In this document: piece by piece, positions 19,191 to 27,821 of the stretch
Layout: every line of letters starts with the position of its first letter
Position numbering within the stretch: the first letter of the stretch is position 1
Source of the DNA: Trueperaceae bacterium
GTDB taxonomy: Bacteria; Deinococcota; Deinococci; Deinococcales; Trueperaceae
DNA: 64,000 nt
Assembly: GCA_034520945.1 (NCBI GenBank)
Contig: JAXHNB010000006.1
Span: 800,001 to 864,000 of the forward strand
Direction of reading: 5' to 3'
The notes under the pieces: generated by a model
The model's database searches: none
Told to the model about the DNA's origin: nothing
The model's input: only the letters and a program-made list of their open reading frames with translations
Position numbers and translations under genes: made by a program

Positions 19191-20332
19191 TGCGGGAACG
19201 ACCGGGCGTCCGCGGCCTGGTCGCGTGCCTCGCGTGCTTGGCGGCGGCGTGGGGCGGTGCGTCGGTCGCGCAAGGCACCATCGCGTACACCGTGCAGGTC
19301 GCGGCGCTGAGCGGCGCCGAGGCCGCCATCGAGCAGTCCGGCGCCCTGTTGCGGGAGGGGTTCCCCGCGTACGTGGTACGCGCCGAAGGCGCCGCGGGGA
19401 CGGTGTTCCGGATTCGCGTGGGCGCGTTCGGGGACCGGCGCAGCGCCGACCGGTACGCCCAGGCGATGGGGGATCGCGCCGGCGGCACGCCTAGGCCGGC
19501 GCTGGCCGAGGCCATTCCTGCGGGGATCCTTCCCTTGGCGCCGACGGCGGTGATGCGGCTCACGAACGATGCGCGTGCGGTTTTGCTGTCGTGGGCCGAG
19601 GATGGGCTGGCGGTGCGGGTCGGTCCGCGCGAGGGGGAGGCTCGCTATCACCTGCTGGGTACCCGCGCGTCCTTTTTGGCGTGGTGGGCGGAGCCCACCG
19701 AGGACGGGCGTCTGGAGGTGGCGCGCGTGCCGTTGGACGGCGAGGCCGACGTCGACGATCCGGACGAGGTCCGCGACGCCCTGTTCCGGCAGCGCCTGCG
19801 GCTGATCGCCGAGCGCGCCGACATGGCGTTCGACGCGTTGCGCGAAGCGGTGCGCGGTGCGTCTGGCGAGCGGCACCTGATCGCGTATCGCGCCGTCGGC
19901 GGCGAGACGGTGGAACGCGGCGTGCTGGCGCCCGACGCGTCCGCGTCCAGCCGCGACGCGGCGGCGTGGATCGGTGAGGCGCCGCCGGCGCCGCCGGCGC
20001 CCCTGGAGGTGCTGGTGGAACGAGCGGCGACGCAGCCCGCGTCCGAAGATGAGGTGGCCGAGGAGCCATCGGCCGACCCGCACCCGGCCGACGACGCTCC
20101 TGCCGACGACGTCCCTGACGGCCCGCCCACGCCCGACGGGCCGGGCGGCCCAGGCGCCGACGGCGTCACCGGGGACGGTTGGTACGCCGAAGCGGACGGG
20201 CCGTGGACGATGATCGAAACGCGCGGCACCTCGTGGCGAGCCTTGGTGGGCACGCCGAAGGCCGGCCTGCGCGACCTGTTGATTCTCGAGGTGGCGGGGG
20301 GGACCGAGTTGGTCCGTTTGGTTCTGCGCTGA
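19190..20332 (+). CDS. Exported SPOR-domain protein with unknown C-terminal region
   Basis: Signal peptide, then YTVQVAAL...LREGFPAYV...FRIRVGAFGDRRSA (SPOR-like); acidic Pro-rich linker near the C-terminus; TGATG overlap. Confidence 0.75.
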   Translation: MRERPGVRGLVACLACLAAAWGGASVAQGTIAYTVQVAALSGAEAAIEQSGALLREGFPAYVVRAEGAAGTVFRIRVGAFGDRRSADRYAQAMGDRAGGTPRPALAEAIPAGILPLAPTAVMRLTNDARAVLLSWAEDGLAVRVGPREGEARYHLLGTRASFLAWWAEPTEDGRLEVARVPLDGEADVDDPDEVRDALFRQRLRLIAERADMAFDALREAVRGASGERHLIAYRAVGGETVERGVLAPDASASSRDAAAWIGEAPPAPPAPLEVLVERAATQPASEDEVAEEPSADPHPADDAPADDVPDGPPTPDGPGGPGADGVTGDGWYAEADGPWTMIETRGTSWRALVGTPKAGLRDLLILEVAGGTELVRLVLR

Positions 20333-20365
20333 GGCGGGCGTTGCCGTGCGGGGCGTTCGCGCCCC

Positions 20366-21328
20366 TCAGTCCGCCGCGACGGCCCCGATCGGCTCCCGCT
20401 GCGCCAGCCACCGCTCGGCGGCCATCGCGGCCCGCGTACCGGCGCCGACGGAGGTCCCGAGCTGCCGGTAGATCTCGTCCGCGATGTCTCCTGCGGCGAA
20501 GATGCCGGGCACCGAGGTGTAGATCTCGTCGATGACGTCCACGTATCCGCTGTCCCGCAAGCGGACCACGCCCTCGAGGAAGCCGGTGTTCGGTTCGTGC
20601 CCGATGTACACGAACACCCCGTCGGCGGGGATCGTCCCGGTCTCGCCGCTGAGGACGTCGCGGGTTCGGACGCCGGTCACGATGCCGTCATCGCCGAGGA
20701 TTTCCTCCACGACCGTGTTCCATACCCATTCCATCTTGGGGTTCGCGAAGGCGCGTTCCTGGAGGCCCTTGTTGGCGCGGAGCTGGTCGCGACGGTGGAC
20801 CACCGTCACGGCGTCGGCGAACTTGGTGAGGAAGGCACCCTCCTCCACTGCGGCGTCCCCGCCGCCCACGACGACGACCTTCTTGCCGCGGTAGAAGAAG
20901 CCGTCGCACGTGGCGCAGGTCGATACGCCGCGCCCGTAGAAGGTGTCCTCGCCCGGCACGCCCAGGCGCCGCGGGTTGGCCCCGGTCGCCAGGATCACGG
21001 CGCGGGCGCGATAGTCGGCTTCGTAGCCGCGCACCAAGAAGCCGTCGTCGGCGTTGCCCGAGAGCGCTTCGACCTCTTCCATGACCAGGCGCGCCCCGAA
21101 TTTCTCCGCTTGACGCGTCATGCGTTGTGACAACTCCGGACCGGTCACCGACTCGTCGAAGCCGGGGTAGTTCTCGACCTCGTCGGTTTGTGCGATCTGC
21201 CCGCCGGGGAGCCCCTTCTCGAGGATGACCGTGTCCAGCTGACCCCGTCCCGCGTAGATGCCGGCGGTCAGTCCGGCGGGGCCGCCTCCGATGATGGTTA
21301 CGTCCGTGTCGATCGTTTTTCGTGCCAT
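20366..21328 (-). CDS. trxB: Thioredoxin reductase
   Basis: [54 protein letters not shown]. Confidence 0.96.
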   Translation of the reverse strand: MARKTIDTDVTIIGGGPAGLTAGIYAGRGQLDTVILEKGLPGGQIAQTDEVENYPGFDESVTGPELSQRMTRQAEKFGARLVMEEVEALSGNADDGFLVRGYEADYRARAVILATGANPRRLGVPGEDTFYGRGVSTCATCDGFFYRGKKVVVVGGGDAAVEEGAFLTKFADAVTVVHRRDQLRANKGLQERAFANPKMEWVWNTVVEEILGDDGIVTGVRTRDVLSGETGTIPADGVFVYIGHEPNTGFLEGVVRLRDSGYVDVIDEIYTSVPGIFAAGDIADEIYRQLGTSVGAGTRAAMAAERWLAQREPIGAVAAD

Positions 21329-21391
21329 GTGGCCTCCTTCTCGACTGCGCGCATGCTAGCACCCGCGCATTCCCGACCTCTGTCGGCGATC

Positions 21392-21408
21392 ATACCCAGT
21401 GGGGGTAT
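21392..21408. promoter_or_regulatory. CsoR-family-like operator ATACCC-N5-GGGTAT
   Basis: Perfect 6-bp inverted repeat with G tract, ATACCCAGTGGGGGTAT, overlapping a minus-strand TATGAT (21389-21394) upstream of trxB. Confidence 0.6.
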
Positions 21409-21451
21409 AGGCGCGGTGTCACCGGTCCCACCGCGCGGTACAGTCGAGGCC

Positions 21452-22330
21452 ATGAGCACCGAGCCACGAACGTTCGGCGTCGACCTCCGACCGGTACCCG
21501 CCGACCAAGCGACCCTTCCCGTCACCGACCTCACGTTGCGTCGCGGCTACGGCGCGTTCGACTTCCTACGCGTGGAGGACGGCGTACCCCTGTTCGTCGA
21601 CGATCATCTGGCCCGCTTCGATGCCAGCGCCGAACTGATGGGGCTGGCCCCCCGCCCGACGCCGGCCGAGCTGCGCGCGCACCTTCGCGAGCTGATCCAG
21701 GCCAACGGTGCCGGCCGCTACGCGTTTCAGCTGTTCCTGACCGGCGGCGACCCGGTGGGCGGGTTCGAGCCCGGGACCCCCCGCACGCTGGTGCTGGCCG
21801 TGGATCCGCCTTCCTACCCCGCCTCCGCCTACGAGGACGGGGTGGCGCTGCTTCCCCACCGCTTCGAGCGCGACCTGCCGGCGGCGAAGACCACCAACTA
21901 CTTCACGGCCGTGCGGTTGCGGGACGCGATGCGGGAGGCCGGCGCGATGGACGTGCTGTACCACGACGGGACCCGGGCCCTCGAGGCGACGCGAAGCAAC
22001 CTGTTCGTGGCGTGCGGGGACGGCCGCTTCGCCACGCCGGGGCGCGGCGTGCTGCGCGGCATCACGCGCTTGCACGTGATGCGGGCCCTGCAGGACCAGG
22101 CGCGCGTGGACGAACGCGACGTGTCGCTGGAGGAGCTGTACGCGGCGCCCGAGGCGTTCATGACCAGCACCACCAAAGGGATCATGCCCGTCGTCCGCGT
22201 CGGCGATCGCACCATCGGCGATGGCCGCCCGGGACCGGGTACCCGGGAGGTGGAGACCCGGTTTCGCGCCTACCGCGACGCCTGGCTCGCCGAGGCCGCA
22301 CCGGCATGGCAGGTCGGCACGGCCGCGTAA
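21452..22330 (+). CDS. Class IV (fold type IV) PLP aminotransferase, D-amino acid/BCAT-like
   Basis: RGYGAFD, AKTTNY, EATRSNLF, LRGITR, EAFMTSTTKGIMPV; leaderless after TACAGT. Confidence 0.88.
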   Translation: MSTEPRTFGVDLRPVPADQATLPVTDLTLRRGYGAFDFLRVEDGVPLFVDDHLARFDASAELMGLAPRPTPAELRAHLRELIQANGAGRYAFQLFLTGGDPVGGFEPGTPRTLVLAVDPPSYPASAYEDGVALLPHRFERDLPAAKTTNYFTAVRLRDAMREAGAMDVLYHDGTRALEATRSNLFVACGDGRFATPGRGVLRGITRLHVMRALQDQARVDERDVSLEELYAAPEAFMTSTTKGIMPVVRVGDRTIGDGRPGPGTREVETRFRAYRDAWLAEAAPAWQVGTAA

Positions 22331-22548
22331 GAATTTCGTGACGAGCGCTGCGCCACGATGAAGGACCGCCGCGGGGCTCCCTCCGCGGACGTTCACGGTG
22401 GCTTCGAAGGGAATTCGTCACGTTTCGGCCGCGCCTCTGCACGTATCCTCGTATGCGGAAGGGGATCGGGAGCACGCGTGTGGACCGGGGCGCCATCATC
22501 GGTTGGGAGGCCGGGCGCCAGGTTCCACCGGCCCGACACGTGAGATTC

Positions 22549-24684
22549 ATGGAGCACGGCACGCCGCAGAAGCGGGGGCAGGAGCAATCGGACGAGCTGT
22601 TGGCGCTCGTGCGTCAGCTGTTCGGGGACGACTGCTACACGGTGTCGGACCTTCGTCAGGTCGGGCAGAGCATCGTGTACGCCAGCGAGGCGTTCGCGCA
22701 GTTCAGCGGCTACGAGATCGACGAGGTGCTCGGACGCGATCTGGCGTTCCTGCAGCGGGACGACACCGACCAGGAGGGCCTGCGTCAACTGCGGGCCGCC
22801 CTCGCCGAGGGGCGGCCCTGCACCGTGGTGGTTCGCAACTACCGCCGCGACGGCAGTTTGTTCTGGAACGAGCAGCACCACTATCCCCTGCGCGACGAGC
22901 GGGGCAACGTCACCCACCTGGTCAGCGTGCAACGCGACGTGAGCGACCGCATGCACGCCCTCGGCGTCGTCGATGCCGGGGAGCGCATGGGCCGCCACGG
23001 TCAGGGCGGGTTTTTCGGCTACAGCGTCCTGTTGCGGCCCGACGCCCAGCCGCAATTGCTGTGGGTCGGCGAAGCCTGCCTTCATATTACCGGCGTGCCC
23101 GCCTCGGAGCTGATGGATGCGCCGCTGGGAAGCTGGGTGCACGACGAGGACCGCGCGGCGTTCCGCGAGGCGCAGGTGTTGCGGCGCGCCGAACGAAGCC
23201 ACCGCCTGCGCTACCGAATCGTCACCCGCGACGGCCGGGTGCGGTGGGTCGAGGACCACGGTCAACGCAGCTGGAGCAACCCCGAAGCGCACGCTGTGGC
23301 CGTGCATGCGCTGGTGCGCGACGTGACGGCCGAGCGACGCTCGCGCGGCGAACTGTGGCACATCGACAACATCGACGCGCTGACCGGGCTGCCCAACGAG
23401 CGACGCTTCCGGGACCGCGCCGAGCAGGCGCTGGCCGCCACGCGGAGCGGCGGGCACGGGGCCGCGCTGGCGGTGATCGACATGGACGCCTTCTCGTTCG
23501 TGAACGACACCTTGGGGCGTGCGCACGGCGACCGGTTGTTGCAGGAGGTGGCCAACCGCCTCCGGCGCGTCACAGGCCCGGCCGACACCTTGGCCCGGTT
23601 GCAGGGCGACCGCTTCGGGCTGCTGTGGACCAACGTCGATGACCCCGAGCACGTCGTGCCGCGCCTGCTCCGGGTCCGGGACGCCGTGTCGGCCGAGGTG
23701 CCCTGGCGGGGGGGCGTGATGCGTCCGTCCGCCACCGTCGGCGTTCGCCGCATCGGGGGGGATGCCGACCCGCTGCCGCGGAGCCGAGAGTTCGATCCCG
23801 GCGCCGCCTACGAGCAGCTGCAGCAGGAGGCCGAGGTCGCCCTCGAACGCGCCAAGCGTGACGAGCCCGGCGGGTGGGCGTGCGCCGGCGCGAGCGATCA
23901 CGCCCGCATGCGGGACCGGGAGCGCAGCGAACGCGACCTTCGCACCGCCATCCGCGACGATCAGCTGGTGCTCCATTACCAGCAGCGCGTCGATCTGCGC
24001 CACGGCACCGTGTCCGGGGTGGAGGCGCTGGTGCGGTGGCTGCATCCCGCCGATGGCCTGCTCAAGCCACGCGCCTTCCTCGGTTCGTTGCAGGTGGCGG
24101 GCCTCGACCCGGCGTTGTTCCGGTGGGTGCTGCCGCGGGCGTTGGGGCAGGCGGCCGCCTGGCGGGCCGCGGGGCGTCCGTACCGCGTGGCGGTCAACGT
24201 GGGGCGTCAGACGCTGGAGCACCCCGATTTCGAGGCATGGGTCCACCAAGAGTTGGAGCGGCACGACCTGAATCCCGCCCTGCTGGAGCTCGAATTGACC
24301 GAGGGGACCCCCATGGACGTGTTCGAACGAAACGTCGGCGTGCTGGCGGCGTTGCGCGAGCGAGGGGTGCGGATCAGCTTGGACGATTTCGGCGTAGCCA
24401 CGGCGTCGCTGGCGCAACTCCAACGGCTGCCGTTGGACGGCCTCAAGATCGACAAGCGCTTCGTGGATCGGCTGGTGGCCGGATCGCGTGGCGACCGGGA
24501 GATGGTGCGCGCCATCGTGTCGATCGGCAGGAGCCTCGGCCTCACCGTGGTGGCCGAAGGGGTCGAGACCGACGCGCAGCGCAGCGCGCTCCGCGAGCTC
24601 GAGTGCGACGAAGTGCAGGGGTACCTGTATGGTCAGGCCGTGCCGGCCGACTACGTGGTCGCGCCCGTCCCCTCCGGGGATTGA
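22549..24684 (+). CDS. LOV-like PAS / PAS / degenerate GGDEF / EAL c-di-GMP signalling protein
   Basis: GRDLAFLQ...NYRRDGSLFWNE...VQRDV; DALTGLPN, ARLQGDRF; EALVRW, LELTE, DDFG, LKIDK, AEGVE, QGY. Start codon uncertain. Confidence 0.88.
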   Translation: MEHGTPQKRGQEQSDELLALVRQLFGDDCYTVSDLRQVGQSIVYASEAFAQFSGYEIDEVLGRDLAFLQRDDTDQEGLRQLRAALAEGRPCTVVVRNYRRDGSLFWNEQHHYPLRDERGNVTHLVSVQRDVSDRMHALGVVDAGERMGRHGQGGFFGYSVLLRPDAQPQLLWVGEACLHITGVPASELMDAPLGSWVHDEDRAAFREAQVLRRAERSHRLRYRIVTRDGRVRWVEDHGQRSWSNPEAHAVAVHALVRDVTAERRSRGELWHIDNIDALTGLPNERRFRDRAEQALAATRSGGHGAALAVIDMDAFSFVNDTLGRAHGDRLLQEVANRLRRVTGPADTLARLQGDRFGLLWTNVDDPEHVVPRLLRVRDAVSAEVPWRGGVMRPSATVGVRRIGGDADPLPRSREFDPGAAYEQLQQEAEVALERAKRDEPGGWACAGASDHARMRDRERSERDLRTAIRDDQLVLHYQQRVDLRHGTVSGVEALVRWLHPADGLLKPRAFLGSLQVAGLDPALFRWVLPRALGQAAAWRAAGRPYRVAVNVGRQTLEHPDFEAWVHQELERHDLNPALLELELTEGTPMDVFERNVGVLAALRERGVRISLDDFGVATASLAQLQRLPLDGLKIDKRFVDRLVAGSRGDREMVRAIVSIGRSLGLTVVAEGVETDAQRSALRELECDEVQGYLYGQAVPADYVVAPVPSGD

Positions 24685-24730
24685 CCGCCGGCACGTCGCC
24701 GTACCGGGGGGCACGGGTAGCATGGGCGTC

Positions 24731-26800
24731 ATGTCGAGCCAGTCGAGTGCTGCAGACCCCCAACGCAACCCCATCCTGCGGGCGACCTTCCCCATTCCGT
24801 TCGCCGAAGTCGGCGCCGAGCACGTGGCGCCGGCGTTGCGGTACGCCCTGGCCGAGGCCGAACGGGCCTACGAGGCGGTCGCGGCGGCACGACCCCCCTA
24901 CCGGTACGACGATCTGCTGGGCCGATTGGATCGTACCGGCGCGTGGTTGGACCGGGTGGTGTCGACCGTGTCGCACCTGAACGCCGTCCGGCAGGACGCG
25001 GCCATGCGGGAGGCCTGGAGCGAGGCGCTGCCCGAGCTGACCGCGTTCGGGGCCCGCGTGGCCAGCGACCCTAGGGTGTACCGCGTCCTGCACGCCTATT
25101 CCGAGACGGAGGAGGCGGCGGCGCTGCCGCCCGAGAAGGCGCGGCACCTGCGCCTCACGCTGGACGAGATGCGGCGGGCGGGGGCGGGCCTGGACGAGGC
25201 GGGACGGGCCCGGGTCGAGGCGATCAAGAGCGAGCTGGCGACGTGGAGCAACACCTTCCAGAACAACGTGTTGGACGGGGTGTCGGCCTACGCCTTGGAC
25301 GTCCGCGACGAAGGACGCCTGCGCGGTATCCCGCCCTCCGCGCGGGAGCGGGCACGGCAGGCGGCCGAGGAGGCAGGCGAGGAGGGCTGGCGCTTCACGC
25401 TGCACCAGCCGTCCTACCTGGCCGTGCTGGATCACGCCGACGACCGGGCGTTGCGCCAGGAGATGTACCAGGCCGCCCAGCAGCGCGGTACGGGCGAAGG
25501 ACGCGACAACCGCGCCGTGGTTCCGCGCATCCTTGCGCTGCGGCGGTCGCTGGCCGAGCTCCTCGGCTATCAGCACTGGGCGGACCTCGTCACCGAGGAT
25601 CGTATGGCGGGTGATGGCGCCACCGCGGTCCGCTTCGAACGCGATACCTTCGCCCGGGTGGAGCCGCACTTGCGGGACGAAGTCCGGGACCTGGAGGCGT
25701 TCGCCCGTGAGCGGCTGGGGATCGAACGTCTGCAACCGTGGGATGTCCGCTACGCCTTCGAGAGGCTCCGCAGCGAGCGGTTCGACGTCGAGCAGGAGGC
25801 GCTGCGCCCCTGGTTCCCGCTGGACCGCGTCCAGTCGGCGGCGTTCGAGCTGGCGTACGAGCTGTACGGGCTTCGCATCGAGCAGGCCTGGACCGACACG
25901 GCGTGGCACGAGGACGTGGACTACTTCGAGGTGTACCGGGAGGACGGAACCTGGGTCGGGGCCTTCTATACCGACTGGGCGCCCCGCCCCGGCAAGCGGG
26001 ACGGGGCGTGGCTGATCGGCCTGCAGACGGGCGGGCCGGACGGCGACGGCTTCGAGCCCCACCTCGCCGCGATGTGCGGCAACCTCACCCCCGCTGACGG
26101 CGACCGGCCGGCGTTGCTCACCCACGGCGAAGCGCGCACCGTGTTCCACGAGTTCGGCCACCTGCTGCACCACCTGTCGTCCACCGTCGAGGTGCGCGAG
26201 CGGGCCGGCACCAACGTCCCATGGGACTTCGTCGAGGTGCCCAGCCACCTGATGGAGAACTGGCTGTACGAAGCGCCGTCCCTGCATCGCATCGCCCGGC
26301 ACGTCGACGACGGCAGGCCGCTGGACGAGGAGGTGATCCAGCGCCTGCGGCAGGCGCGCGCCTGCGGTGCGGCGTACCACATGGCCAGGCAGCTGAGCTT
26401 CGGCACGGTGGACCTGGCGCTGCACATCGACTTCGATCCGGCGGGCGACGAGGATCCCGTCGCCTTCGGCACGCGCGTCATGGCGCCGTTCCAGATCCGT
26501 CCGGACGCCGTGCCCGAAGGGTTCCTCCCGTCGTTCGCGCACATCTTCGCGGGGGGCTACGCGGCCGGCTACTACGGCTACATGTGGAGCGAGATGCTGG
26601 AGGCCGACGCGTTCGACCGCTTCCGCGAGGCCGGCCTGTACGATCCTGAGGTGGGCGCCGCCTTCCGCGACCAGGTCCTCTCCCGGGGCAACGGCGCCCC
26701 GCCCGACGCCCTGATGCGCGGCTTCCTGGGACGCGATCCGAACCCGGACGCGATGCTGGCGCGCAACCTCGGCGCGGCCCGGCAGGCGCGTCGGGATTGA
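24731..26800 (+). CDS. M3 family oligopeptidase A (PrlC-like)
   Basis: PRPGKRDGAW, FHEFGHLLH, WDFVEVPS, IFAGGYAAGYYGY.W; ATG 7 nt after TAGCAT. Confidence 0.93.
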   Translation: MSSQSSAADPQRNPILRATFPIPFAEVGAEHVAPALRYALAEAERAYEAVAAARPPYRYDDLLGRLDRTGAWLDRVVSTVSHLNAVRQDAAMREAWSEALPELTAFGARVASDPRVYRVLHAYSETEEAAALPPEKARHLRLTLDEMRRAGAGLDEAGRARVEAIKSELATWSNTFQNNVLDGVSAYALDVRDEGRLRGIPPSARERARQAAEEAGEEGWRFTLHQPSYLAVLDHADDRALRQEMYQAAQQRGTGEGRDNRAVVPRILALRRSLAELLGYQHWADLVTEDRMAGDGATAVRFERDTFARVEPHLRDEVRDLEAFARERLGIERLQPWDVRYAFERLRSERFDVEQEALRPWFPLDRVQSAAFELAYELYGLRIEQAWTDTAWHEDVDYFEVYREDGTWVGAFYTDWAPRPGKRDGAWLIGLQTGGPDGDGFEPHLAAMCGNLTPADGDRPALLTHGEARTVFHEFGHLLHHLSSTVEVRERAGTNVPWDFVEVPSHLMENWLYEAPSLHRIARHVDDGRPLDEEVIQRLRQARACGAAYHMARQLSFGTVDLALHIDFDPAGDEDPVAFGTRVMAPFQIRPDAVPEGFLPSFAHIFAGGYAAGYYGYMWSEMLEADAFDRFREAGLYDPEVGAAFRDQVLSRGNGAPPDALMRGFLGRDPNPDAMLARNLGAARQARRD

Positions 26801-26834
26801 CCCGAGCGGGCGCTGCCCGAGGCCCTGCCTTCGT

Positions 26835-27821
26835 TCACCACGCGCCTGCGCGGGAGGCGCGTGCCAGCATACGGACGCCGTCTGCGTACCCCTCGATGCC
26901 CCGTGGCTGGCCTCGCAGGCGCAGCCAGCGGTCGTACGCCCACCACAGGGCGCGCGCCATTCCGTCGCGTCGCGCTGCGGCCGCGTGCTCGCGCTGGGCG
27001 TTCAGGTCCTGCATCGCCCGCGCCGGCCCGGGGTGGGGCGCCCGAACCGCCGCGGGCAGCGATGCCCAGGCGCGCAACGCCGCCGCGTAGCGGGCGTGGG
27101 GATGGGCCGCGCGCAGCCCGGCCAACAAGCCGGCGAACTCGGTCAGCGCCTCGTTGTCGTGCCCGGCCAGGTGCGCCAGCTCGTGCGCGTGGACCGACTG
27201 GTACGACCAGGGGGGAAGCGTCGGTTCGACGTGCACCTCCAGCGTCCAGGGCGAAATCACGCCGGCCGTCCCCAGCGCGGCCAGCATGCCGCGCGGAGGG
27301 TGCTTGACCCGCGCGGGCAGGCGTACGCCGGGGGCCAGCGCGGCCAACTCCGCCCGTACGGCGTCGGCGGCGCCTGCGACGTCGAACGCGCCGCTGGGGG
27401 CCGTGGCGGTTAGGACCTCGCGCAGGCGTTCCTCGAGCTGCACCAGGTCGGCGGACTCCTGGTAAGGCGGCGCCCCGTCCAGCAGACGCGTGGCGGGTCC
27501 ACTCGCCGCGCCGTGAAGGCCCCACGAGGCCTGGAACGACGCCGCCACCAGCAGCGCCAGCCCCGCCAGGCGCGTGACGCTGTGGATCCAGCCTCCGGCC
27601 CCCCGCACGCTCGCCCACGCCATCCCCAGGAGCACCAGCGCCAGCAGCGGCGTCCAGGGGACGGCGCCGCGTTCGCTCAGCGGGACCAGCAGCTGCGTCC
27701 ACCCGGGGTACACGCGCACGGCCCACGCCTCCGCCGCGCCGTCGCGCCAGGCGACGGCCGCCGCGCCGGCCCAGGCGGCGATCCCGACGAGCGCCAGCCT
27801 GGACGGCCGGTCCCCCCTCAA
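26835..27821 (-). CDS. DUF3810-like membrane-anchored zincin protein
   Basis: N-terminal TM helices; GVISPWTLE...HAHELAHLAG..NEA; TTG start overlapping the ABC-F stop. Confidence 0.75.
   Translation of the reverse strand: MRGDRPSRLALVGIAAWAGAAAVAWRDGAAEAWAVRVYPGWTQLLVPLSERGAVPWTPLLALVLLGMAWASVRGAGGWIHSVTRLAGLALLVAASFQASWGLHGAASGPATRLLDGAPPYQESADLVQLEERLREVLTATAPSGAFDVAGAADAVRAELAALAPGVRLPARVKHPPRGMLAALGTAGVISPWTLEVHVEPTLPPWSYQSVHAHELAHLAGHDNEALTEFAGLLAGLRAAHPHARYAAALRAWASLPAAVRAPHPGPARAMQDLNAQREHAAAARRDGMARALWWAYDRWLRLRGQPRGIEGYADGVRMLARASRAGAW

Noticed and set aside
20040..20170. Repetitive GCCGACGAC stretch
   Set aside because: Encodes the acidic Pro-rich linker of the SPOR protein; not a DNA repeat element.
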